Source: Clostridia bacterium (GTDB lineage Bacteria; Bacillota; Clostridia; Christensenellales; UBA1242). From it: a stretch of DNA of 64,000 nt. Made by a program: the position numbers and the translations under genes. Where the stretch lies: NCBI GenBank assembly GCA_045637805.1, contig JAZUAE010000001.1, forward strand, positions 15,794 through 79,793. Reading direction: 5' to 3'. This document shows positions 57,146-64,000 of the stretch, in pieces. Positions within the stretch are counted from its first letter, which is position 1. Each line of letters starts with the position of its first letter. A model generated the notes under the pieces. That model had not been told where the DNA came from, searched no databases, and was given only the letters and a program-made list of their open reading frames with translations.

Positions 57146-57811
57146 TTATACTTTTGTAAGTTTTTTCAACGCTTCACCTGCAGCTATCATTTCTGCATCG
57201 CGCTTATTTTCAGCTGTTCCACAGCCCATGTTCACTCCATTAATATAAACAGTTGTTGTAAATATCGGAGCATTACTTAGACCACGCTTTCTATATGTGT
57301 ATCTTAATTTTTCAGCCTTACACAATTCTTGCAATCTAGATTTATTATCAATCGGCGTTCCAACAACACGAAAGTTTTCAATAGCACTGCCAAGCGTCGA
57401 AATTATAAAGTTTCTAGCATTTTCAAGTCCACCATCTAAGAAAATGGCACCGACTATTGCTTCATAAAGGTCACACTTTAAAGCTTTAGAAGGCACATCA
57501 CTTTTAGCCTCGCCCTTGCCTTTAAACATAAATTTTTCTATACCAAGTTCGTCAATTAAAAAAGCAAGTGACTTTTCAGAAACAAGCTCTGCACGCATTT
57601 TGGTATAATCGCCCTCTTTTGCCTTAACTGTTTCAAATAATCTTTGAGCCACAACCATGCCAAGAACACTATCACCTAAAAATTCATATCTCTCATTAGA
57701 CTGACATCTATGTTCATTCGCATAACTAGAATGCGTAAGTGCTATTTTTAAGTGTTTTTTATCATTAAATGTATAATTTATTATTTTTTCAACGTTTATA
57801 AAGTTATCCAT
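57146..57811 (-). CDS. rnc: ribonuclease III
   Basis: 221 aa. NERYEFLGDSVL signature and a C-terminal dsRBD. Confidence 0.95.
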   Translation of the reverse strand: MDNFINVEKIINYTFNDKKHLKIALTHSSYANEHRCQSNERYEFLGDSVLGMVVAQRLFETVKAKEGDYTKMRAELVSEKSLAFLIDELGIEKFMFKGKGEAKSDVPSKALKCDLYEAIVGAIFLDGGLENARNFIISTLGSAIENFRVVGTPIDNKSRLQELCKAEKLRYTYRKRGLSNAPIFTTTVYINGVNMGCGTAENKRDAEMIAAGEALKKLTKV

Positions 57812-58832
57812 TTACTTCACTTTCTTTGTCAAAAATTTTTAATTTTTCACGCATTTGATCAATGAAACCTGATTCATAAATACTCTTAACTTGCGCAACA
57901 CAAGAGAAAATAGTTTCAGCCTTGCTTGATCCATGAGATTTTACAAGTATTTTCTCAATACCAACAAATAATGAACCACCAACTGATGTATAGTTTATGG
58001 TTTGTTTAAGTTTCTTTAAAGGTTTTTTTATACACAATGCACCAAGTTTTGCAATAGGTCCGCTAGTAAGCATTGCATCTTTTAACACGCTTGTCACAAA
58101 TGTAACAGCACCCTCGGTAGATTTTAATAATACATTTCCAACAAAGCCATCACAAACAAGGACATCATACTCGCCAGATAATGCATCGCGGGCTTCCATA
58201 TTACCAACAAAATTAATTTCTTTAATTTCCTTAATTAAATCAAATGCCGCATGTGTTAAATCATTACCTTTCTTATCTTCAACTCCAACATTTACAAGAG
58301 CAACTCTTGGTTTTTCTATACCAAACATTGCCTGCATATATGCTGATCCCATAACGGCAAATTGAGCCAAATATTCCGGCTTACAATCCACATTTGCACC
58401 ACAATCAATTAAAAGTGTTTTTCCACCTTTTTTGTTTGGAAGCAATGGAGAGAGTGCTGGGCGAAGAACATTTTTCATTCGACCAACTCTAAACAATCCA
58501 CCGGCAAGAACAGCACCTGTGCTACCTGCACTAATCATTCCAACAATATCATCGTTTGCTTTAAGAGCATCTAATCCAACAACTAGTGAACTATTCTTTT
58601 TTTGACGAATAGCCATAGTTGGCGCCTCATTGCAAGTAATTTCTTCAGGCGCATCTAAAATTGAGATTTTGCCACCATTATAACCAAAGTCTACCAAAAA
58701 GTTTTCAATATATGTTTTATCACCTGTTAAAATAATCTCAACATCATCAATTAAATTAACAGCAGTAATAGCACCTTTTATCATTTCATCTGGAGAATAG
58801 TCTCCACCAAGTGTATCAATAATAATTTTCAT
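57804..58832 (-). CDS. plsX: phosphate acyltransferase PlsX
   Basis: 342 aa. I..D..GGD..P N-terminus and SAG.TGA block. Its stop overlaps the rnc start by 8 nt. Confidence 0.93.
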   Translation of the reverse strand: MKIIIDTLGGDYSPDEMIKGAITAVNLIDDVEIILTGDKTYIENFLVDFGYNGGKISILDAPEEITCNEAPTMAIRQKKNSSLVVGLDALKANDDIVGMISAGSTGAVLAGGLFRVGRMKNVLRPALSPLLPNKKGGKTLLIDCGANVDCKPEYLAQFAVMGSAYMQAMFGIEKPRVALVNVGVEDKKGNDLTHAAFDLIKEIKEINFVGNMEARDALSGEYDVLVCDGFVGNVLLKSTEGAVTFVTSVLKDAMLTSGPIAKLGALCIKKPLKKLKQTINYTSVGGSLFVGIEKILVKSHGSSKAETIFSCVAQVKSIYESGFIDQMREKLKIFDKESEVNG

Positions 58833-58933
58833 AAATAGTACTCCTAGCCTAGATTATATAACAAACAGGCATTTGCTTGCAAATAAATTGCAACACTAAT
58901 CGAATTTTTATAGCAAAAAAGAGTGCTTTTGCA

Positions 58934-58960
58934 TAAAAAAACAGAGGCTTTCGCCTCCGT
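58934..58960 (-). terminator. rho-independent terminator after rpmF
   Basis: The minus strand reads ACGGAGGC-GAAA-GCCTCTGT-TTTTTTAT, with a GNRA loop and one G-U pair. Confidence 0.8.
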
Positions 58961-58970
58961 TTTTAATAAA

Positions 58971-59168
58971 TTAGTTAGCTTTTTTCTTATCAGCTTTTAC
59001 TAACATTTTTTTGTCGCCTTTATAGAATCCGCAAGCTGGACAAACGCTATGAGCTGGAACTTGCTCATGACATTGTGGACATGTTGTAAGAGTAGGAGCT
59101 GTAGCTCTCCAATTAGCAACTCTACTTCTTCCTGCTGCTTTTGATACTTTATGTTTAGGTACTGCCAT
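58971..59168 (-). CDS. rpmF: 50S ribosomal protein L32 (zinc-ribbon form)
   Basis: MAVPKHKVSKA..R.R N-terminus and CPQC...CPAC Cys pairs. Confidence 0.93.
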   Translation of the reverse strand: MAVPKHKVSKAAGRSRVANWRATAPTLTTCPQCHEQVPAHSVCPACGFYKGDKKMLVKADKKKAN

Positions 59169-59180
59169 TTTTGTTTCCTC

Positions 59181-59660
59181 CTAATTTCTTTTGAACAAAT
59201 CCGCAAACGGATTATTATTTCCTATTTCCTTTTGACAACCACAATCAGCTAAATTTAAATTGTTGCCACAAACCATGCAGAGCCCTTTACAGTCTTCTCT
59301 ACAAAGTACACTTGATGGAAAATGAAATGCGATAATATTACGAATAACATCGTCTAGTTCAACCATGCTACCGCGCAATGGATAATAATCTTCGTCATCA
59401 TCGAGCTTTTTTGCAAAAGTTTCAGTAGACTCGATCATTATGGTTTTTCGTAGTTCCATACCACATCTATCACAAATAAGTATACATGGTATCCATAATT
59501 TAAAGGTTATTTGAAGTTTGTCACTGTTATAAAAATCTATTCGAGCATTTACTTTAGCAAGTCCATCAAATTTATGAGGTGTGTTTGCAATTAAACCACT
59601 ATCAGGCTCAATTTCAAACGAAAACTCACTATTTTTTACAGCATTAATGTCAATCTTCAT
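59181..59660 (-). CDS. yceD: YceD/DUF177 family protein
   Basis: 159 aa. CDRC...(~60 aa)...C.GLC..CG.NLN...C.C pattern, directly upstream of rpmF. Confidence 0.88.
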   Translation of the reverse strand: MKIDINAVKNSEFSFEIEPDSGLIANTPHKFDGLAKVNARIDFYNSDKLQITFKLWIPCILICDRCGMELRKTIMIESTETFAKKLDDDEDYYPLRGSMVELDDVIRNIIAFHFPSSVLCREDCKGLCMVCGNNLNLADCGCQKEIGNNNPFADLFKRN

Positions 59661-59687
59661 ACTACTCCCTTAGATTAACGCTAGGTT

Positions 59688-59716
59688 ATTATAACCCGCG
59701 AATCTTTATTTGTCAA
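59688..59716 (-). promoter_or_regulatory. consensus sigma-A promoter of yceD-rpmF
   Basis: The minus strand reads TTGACA-N17-TATAAT, a perfect consensus, starting 1 nt after the ackA stop codon. Confidence 0.7.
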
Positions 59717-60922
59717 TTATTTTATTAAAGTTTCCTTAGTTTCTCTTGCGATCATCAACTCTTCGTTTGTTGGAATAACAAACACTTTAACCTTAGAATC
59801 TTCAGTAGAAATAATATTTTCTTCGCCTCTTTTGAAGTCTTTACCATTTTTATCTTTATCGATCTTAATTCCAAGCCATTCCATACCAGTTAATACATTT
59901 TCTCTGAATTCGTTTCCGTTTTCACCAACACCTGCTGTAAAGCAAATTGCATCAACGCCACCAAGAGCAGCAATGTATGAACCTATATACTTTTTAACTC
60001 TATATTCATAAGCTTTAAGTGCAAGTCTGCAATCATCAGCTCTTTCGCTTTGTTCATCAGAATAAGCAATAGTTTCAACGTCACGCATATCAGCAGAAAC
60101 ACCAGATAAACCAAGTAATCCGCTTTCTTTATTTAAGTAAGCAATAGCTTGTCCTACAGTTTTTCCTGTTTTATTCATAACAGTTTCCAAGATTGAAGGA
60201 TCAACATCACCAGATCTTGTACCCATGATTAAACCTTCAAGTGGTGTGTAACCCATAGAAGTATCTTGACATTTGCCACCGTTAACAGCAGAAACGCTTG
60301 ATCCGTTACCTACGTGACAGATTATAAATTTACCTTCAAATCCCATAAGTTCTGCTAGTCTTTTAGCAATAAAGCTGTGACTCGTACCATGGAAACCATA
60401 TCTTCTAACTTGCCACTCGGTATATGCTTGCTTTGGAAGAGCATATCTATAAGCGTGTGCAGGAATACTTGAATGGAATGCAGTATCAAAAACTGCAACC
60501 TGAGGAACGTTTGGTAAAATCTTCTCACAACATTTTATTCCCATAAGATTTGCTGGTTGATGAAGTGGTCCAAGTGGAACAAGTTCTTCCATTTTCGCAA
60601 AAGTTTCCCCTGTTATTTTTACAGAGCTAGTAAATGTTTCACCACCGTGAACAACTCTGTGACCGATAGCCTCAATTTCATCATAAGAAGAAATCACGCC
60701 GATCTTTTCATCGATAAGAGTACTTAAAACTTCGTTAATAGCTTCCAAATGTGATGGCATAGGATTCTTGGTTACATATTTTTCACCATGGGCCTTGTAT
60801 GTGTGTACCCCATCGATACCTATTCTTTCGCAAAGACCTTTTGCAATAACTTCTTCTGTAGCCTCATCGATTAATTGATATTTTAAAGATGAACTACCTG
60901 CATTAATAACTAAAATTTTCAT
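59717..60922 (-). CDS. ackA: acetate kinase
   Basis: MKILVINAGSSSLKYQL N-terminus, and HGG, FDTAFH and GFHGTSH blocks. Confidence 0.96.
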   Translation of the reverse strand: MKILVINAGSSSLKYQLIDEATEEVIAKGLCERIGIDGVHTYKAHGEKYVTKNPMPSHLEAINEVLSTLIDEKIGVISSYDEIEAIGHRVVHGGETFTSSVKITGETFAKMEELVPLGPLHQPANLMGIKCCEKILPNVPQVAVFDTAFHSSIPAHAYRYALPKQAYTEWQVRRYGFHGTSHSFIAKRLAELMGFEGKFIICHVGNGSSVSAVNGGKCQDTSMGYTPLEGLIMGTRSGDVDPSILETVMNKTGKTVGQAIAYLNKESGLLGLSGVSADMRDVETIAYSDEQSERADDCRLALKAYEYRVKKYIGSYIAALGGVDAICFTAGVGENGNEFRENVLTGMEWLGIKIDKDKNGKDFKRGEENIISTEDSKVKVFVIPTNEELMIARETKETLIK

Positions 60923-60933
60923 AATAATCTCCT

Positions 60934-61950
60934 TTATCCTTTTGATTGTAATATGGTTATTGCCATATTTAATACAATTTCATCACTTGTCGCGCCACGA
61001 CTTATGTCGTTTACTGGCTTATTTAAACCTTGAAGTATAGGTCCAATTGCGCGTACGCCAGCAAGCCTTTGAACTAGTTTGTATGCAATATTACCAGCCA
61101 TGAGATCTGGGAACACTAGGACATTAGCCTTTCCTTCAACTACTGAATGCGGACTTTTTAATTTTGCAACTGATGGAACAAGAGCTGCGTCACCTTGAAG
61201 TTCGCCGTCTACAGTAAGAGATGGATTGTTTCGCCTTATAAGTTTATATGCCTGTTTCATTTTAACAACGGCAGGACTTGTAGTATCTTCATCAGCCTTT
61301 GTTGTAAACGAAAGCAATGCTACTTTTGGCCTTATATCACAAATATCTTTAGCAATTCCGCTAGCAAGATTTGTTATATCTACTAAATCTTCAGCAGATG
61401 GATTTTCAATAACCCCACAATCGCTAAACACAATCATACCATTTTCGCCATAAGGCATTCCATCTGGCACTTCGATTATGAATGAACTAGACACCTTGCC
61501 AACATTTGGTTTTGCTTTAATTATCTGAAATGCAGGACGAAGAACATCAGCAGTTTCAGTTATAGCCCCACTTGCAACACCGTCAGCATCTCCAGTATGA
61601 AGCATCATCATAGCAAATTTATTATTGTCTTTCATTTCTTCCAAGGCGAGCTCAGGAGTCATACCTTTGTGCTTTCTAAGGTTATAGTAAGTGTCTGCAT
61701 AAATAGCACGCCTATGCCCATCTGTTGCAGGATTGATGATAGTAATATTTCTAAGCTCTTTTTTTGAAAAGCTCTCAGATAACAATATATCATTTCCAAG
61801 TATTATAACATGGCAAAGATCCATAACTGAAGCTTTTTTTGCCGCCTCAACGACCCTTGGATCCGAACCTTCAGGCAAAACTATTTTTTTACCTGAACCT
61901 TTAGCCCTGTTAATAAGAAAACTAAAAACATCATTTTTCTTTTTACGCAT
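60934..61950 (-). CDS. pta: phosphate acetyltransferase
   Basis: 338 aa. (I/V)VLPEG.D.RV..AA and DG.VSGA blocks and a C-terminal RGA region, upstream of ackA. Confidence 0.93.
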   Translation of the reverse strand: MRKKKNDVFSFLINRAKGSGKKIVLPEGSDPRVVEAAKKASVMDLCHVIILGNDILLSESFSKKELRNITIINPATDGHRRAIYADTYYNLRKHKGMTPELALEEMKDNNKFAMMMLHTGDADGVASGAITETADVLRPAFQIIKAKPNVGKVSSSFIIEVPDGMPYGENGMIVFSDCGVIENPSAEDLVDITNLASGIAKDICDIRPKVALLSFTTKADEDTTSPAVVKMKQAYKLIRRNNPSLTVDGELQGDAALVPSVAKLKSPHSVVEGKANVLVFPDLMAGNIAYKLVQRLAGVRAIGPILQGLNKPVNDISRGATSDEIVLNMAITILQSKG

Positions 61951-61962
61951 ATCTCACCTTTC

Positions 61963-61991
61963 TTGATTTTCTTTAAACAATAATATATAAT
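61963..61991 (+). promoter_or_regulatory. sigma-A-type promoter of tmcAL
   Basis: The plus strand reads TTGATT-N17-TATAAT. Confidence 0.55.
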
Positions 61992-62020
61992 ATTATACAA
62001 GAAAGTTCATTATAAGTAAA
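61992..62020 (-). promoter_or_regulatory. sigma-A-type promoter of pta-ackA
   Basis: The minus strand reads TTTACT-N17-TATAAT. Its -10 element directly abuts the plus-strand -10. Confidence 0.55.
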
Positions 62021-62040
62021 CCAAACGAGGAAAATTTTTT

Positions 62041-63222
62041 ATGTATTGTGCAATTATTTGTGAATTTAACCCTTTAACAAACGGTCACGTATATTTAATA
62101 AAACGTGCAAAAGAGATTACAGGACTTCCTGTAATCTGCCTTATGAGTGGCAATTTTTCACAACGCGGTGAACCAACTATACTTGATAAATATACTAGAG
62201 CAAAACTTGCCATAAAAGCTGGCGCAGAGGCCGTTTTAGAACTTCCAACCATTTACGCTCTTTCAAGTGCAGAAAATTTTGCAAGCGGAGCAATTAGGGT
62301 ACTTTCTCAAATAAAAAATGTAAGCCACATAGTTTTTGGCAGCGAATGCGGAAGTTTGGAAACTCTTAACGCTATAGCTGATATAAAAATAAACGAACCT
62401 GAAGAACTTAAAAATAGATTAAAAACATATCTAGACCATGGATTTTCATATAACATAGCAATGCAACAAGCATTACTTGAAGAATATACAATACCATCAG
62501 ATTTCTTTGATGGCGCAAACAACATACTAGGTTTAGAATATTTAACAGCCATTAAAAAACAAAAAAGCCATATAACGCCACTTACGATTAAACGCATTGA
62601 TAACGGATACAACTCAATAACCCCACTTGGAAAATATGGAAGTGCAAGCTATATACGTAAATTAGCAGAGTCAAGTGAAACAATATATCAAATCGAAAAT
62701 TTAGTACCAGACTACGTTTTACCTGAACTAATCACCAACCCTAAAGTTGATAGTAAAAGCTATGCAACACTGGTTATAAATAATATTAGGAATATGCCTA
62801 TTGAACAACTCTCTATGTATGCCGACTATAATGAAGGTATAGAAAACAGAATTAAGCAAATGTGTGACAGGTATTCATCACTTCAAATAGCAACGGCATC
62901 TATCGAATCTAAAAGATATAAGAAATCAAGAGTAAACAAACTTTTACTCTACCCATTACTCGGCATAACAAAAAAAGCTGTTTTGGAAATAAAAAAATCA
63001 ATACCAGCAGTAAAATTACTTGCCATTAAAGCAGATAGAAAACAAAATATTTCCAAATTAAATGACGGTATTTCCCTTATTGTAAGAAAAGAAGATATGG
63101 ACAATCTAGACAATGGTCAAAGTCAGTCAATAAATATTGACTTATTAGCTTCTAACATTTATAATCTTTTAATAGGATTACCTCACAATGCCGACATTAC
63201 AACTGGCACAATATTTGTGTAA
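62041..63222 (+). CDS. tmcAL: tRNA(Met) cytidine acetate ligase (YlbM/TmcAL, UPF0348 nucleotidyltransferase)
   Basis: 393 aa. II(C/V)E(F/Y)NP(L/F).NGH.Y nucleotidyltransferase motif and SGNF.QRGEP. This is the only plus-strand gene in the window. Confidence 0.85.
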   Translation: MYCAIICEFNPLTNGHVYLIKRAKEITGLPVICLMSGNFSQRGEPTILDKYTRAKLAIKAGAEAVLELPTIYALSSAENFASGAIRVLSQIKNVSHIVFGSECGSLETLNAIADIKINEPEELKNRLKTYLDHGFSYNIAMQQALLEEYTIPSDFFDGANNILGLEYLTAIKKQKSHITPLTIKRIDNGYNSITPLGKYGSASYIRKLAESSETIYQIENLVPDYVLPELITNPKVDSKSYATLVINNIRNMPIEQLSMYADYNEGIENRIKQMCDRYSSLQIATASIESKRYKKSRVNKLLLYPLLGITKKAVLEIKKSIPAVKLLAIKADRKQNISKLNDGISLIVRKEDMDNLDNGQSQSINIDLLASNIYNLLIGLPHNADITTGTIFV

Positions 63223-63225
63223 AAA

Positions 63226-63256
63226 TAAAACCCCGCTATTAGTAGCGGAGTTTTTT
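63226..63256. terminator. bidirectional rho-independent terminator between tmcAL and the pnuC-like gene
   Basis: The stem CCGCTA-TTAG-TAGCGG is flanked by an A-run on the left (aaaaataaaa) and a T-run on the right (tttttt). Confidence 0.65.
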
Positions 63257-64000
63257 ATGCATATATTTGAGGATCTTGCTCTGTTCTTCTCTTTTTTGTT
63301 TTTTCTTTAACCTCTACATCTTTTGCGTGCAAGATTTCTTTTTTTGCCTTTCTTTTTTCAGCCTTCTTTTTTTCTTCCTCAAGTTCTTCGGTTGTAATAT
63401 GTACAGGAATCGTCCATTCATAAGACTTTTTCCATGCCTTATATCCAAAGATATCAGACAATAAATACATTATATATAAAATTATTATCATAACAGTTCC
63501 GGTTGTAACACCATAAGTAAATGCTACAAATATCCATAATATAAGTGCAGTTGAAATTGCCATATATCTAACTATAAAGTATTCACGATAGCGATAGTTT
63601 CTAAGATAAACCGAAATACCTAGCATAATTGCTGAAATTGTATCCATTATAAAATAAACTTCATTGTCTATTCCCGCAGTAATAATTGCGCCCAAAACTA
63701 AAGCACAGAAAGAAATCAAAACAATATAATATTTTTGCGTACCGCTTAAATATTTATTTCTATCTATATCAGTATCTATTTGTTTAAATTTTGTTAAACA
63801 TACTGAAAACTGCATAGGTATATAAAATAGCAGATGCAATGCAGCATGGGCATAAAGACCATTATTAAAAGCAAAGCCTGCATATAAGACACCTACTAAA
63901 GTCCCAAATATAAGAGATGTCCACTTTTTAAAATCACAAAAGAAGTTCCAAATAGCCCCAAATAAAAGCAACAAAAAGGCTGGCCATGTTTCATTTCCAG
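63255..64000 (-). CDS. PnuC-like (nicotinamide riboside transporter family) membrane protein, 5' end beyond the window
   Basis: The frame stays open to the window edge; the ORF-track M at 63974 is a TTG. The protein is polytopic, and GLYAHAALHLLFYIPMQF resembles the PnuC LYAD..LQ..(Y/F) block. It has an unusual K/E-rich C-terminal tail. Confidence 0.4.
   Translation of the reverse strand, partial: GNETWPAFLLLLFGAIWNFFCDFKKWTSLIFGTLVGVLYAGFAFNNGLYAHAALHLLFYIPMQFSVCLTKFKQIDTDIDRNKYLSGTQKYYIVLISFCALVLGAIITAGIDNEVYFIMDTISAIMLGISVYLRNYRYREYFIVRYMAISTALILWIFVAFTYGVTTGTVMIIILYIMYLLSDIFGYKAWKKSYEWTIPVHITTEELEEEKKKAEKRKAKKEILHAKDVEVKEKTKKRRTEQDPQIYA

Noticed and set aside
58877-58895. TTGCAA-containing inverted repeat (TTTGCAAGCAAA) upstream of plsX, considered as a possible FapR-type operator.
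   Set aside because: It does not resemble the FapR operator as I recall it. No fapR gene is adjacent, and the inferred -10/-35 spacing leaves almost no leader. The evidence is too weak to report.
59000-59206. A 68-aa minus-strand ORF overlapping rpmF in another frame.
   Set aside because: The 58971-59168 frame gives a textbook L32 (MAVPKHKVSK..., CxxC pairs) with a good upstream spacer. The alternative frame has no features.
1-64000. I searched for CRISPR arrays, rRNA/tRNA genes, IS elements, integrases, prophage genes, toxin-antitoxin pairs and defence islands.
   Set aside because: None were found. No spacer exceeds ~190 bp, there are no direct-repeat arrays, and every ORF over 100 aa except three (11776-12708, 33850-34191, 48642-49100) has a housekeeping or sporulation identity.

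Overview
This window is a visibly AT-rich, almost fully coding core-chromosome segment of an endospore-forming Firmicute with Bacillus/Clostridium-type gene order. I support 76 CDS. 75 are on the minus strand; only the tmcAL/ylbM-like gene at 62041-63222 is on plus. In window order the run reads dacB-ytfJ-ytfI-scpB-scpA, an M50 peptidase, a second DD-carboxypeptidase, spoIIM, spo0A-like, spoIVB, recN, xseB-xseA, nusB, asp23, spoIIIAH..AA, efp, truB-nrnA-rbfA-infB-ylxQ-ylxR-nusA-rimP. It continues with a polC-position gene, rseP-cdsA-uppS-frr, tsf-rpsB, DUF1292/ruvX, nifU-nifS, trxA, hisS, hslU-hslV, trmFO, topA, dprA, comM. It ends with rplS, yraN-rnhB-rbgA, trmD-rimM-KH-rpsP-ffh-ylxM-ftsY-smc-rnc-plsX, rpmF-yceD, ackA-pta, tmcAL and a partial pnuC-like gene. 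I found no rRNA, tRNA, CRISPR array, transposase or integrase, and no defence or accessory island. All intergenic spacers are under 200 bp. I therefore do not see a novel multi-gene system here. What deserves a second look is core genes that deviate from their canonical forms. (1) The polC locus holds a ~540-aa PolC-like N-terminus/OB/3'-5' exonuclease protein with no PHP or polymerase domains. (2) The Spo0A orthologue next to spoIVB has an intact Spo0A DNA-binding domain but a degenerate receiver domain. (3) SpoIIIAF is reduced to a 56-aa membrane stub, followed by a repeat-bearing non-coding spacer. (4) spoIIIAA and spoIIM have sigma-E-like -10 boxes 5 nt from their ATGs and no Shine-Dalgarno, suggesting leaderless mRNAs. 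(5) An HExxH protein is inserted seamlessly between trmD and rbgA, and rplS is relocated as its own promoter-leader-terminator unit. (6) Metabolic genes (pyrH, dxr, proS, accBC, folD, ispA, dxs, fabD/G, acpP) are absent from otherwise conserved clusters. All functional calls rest on by-eye motif and synteny recognition; no database search was run.
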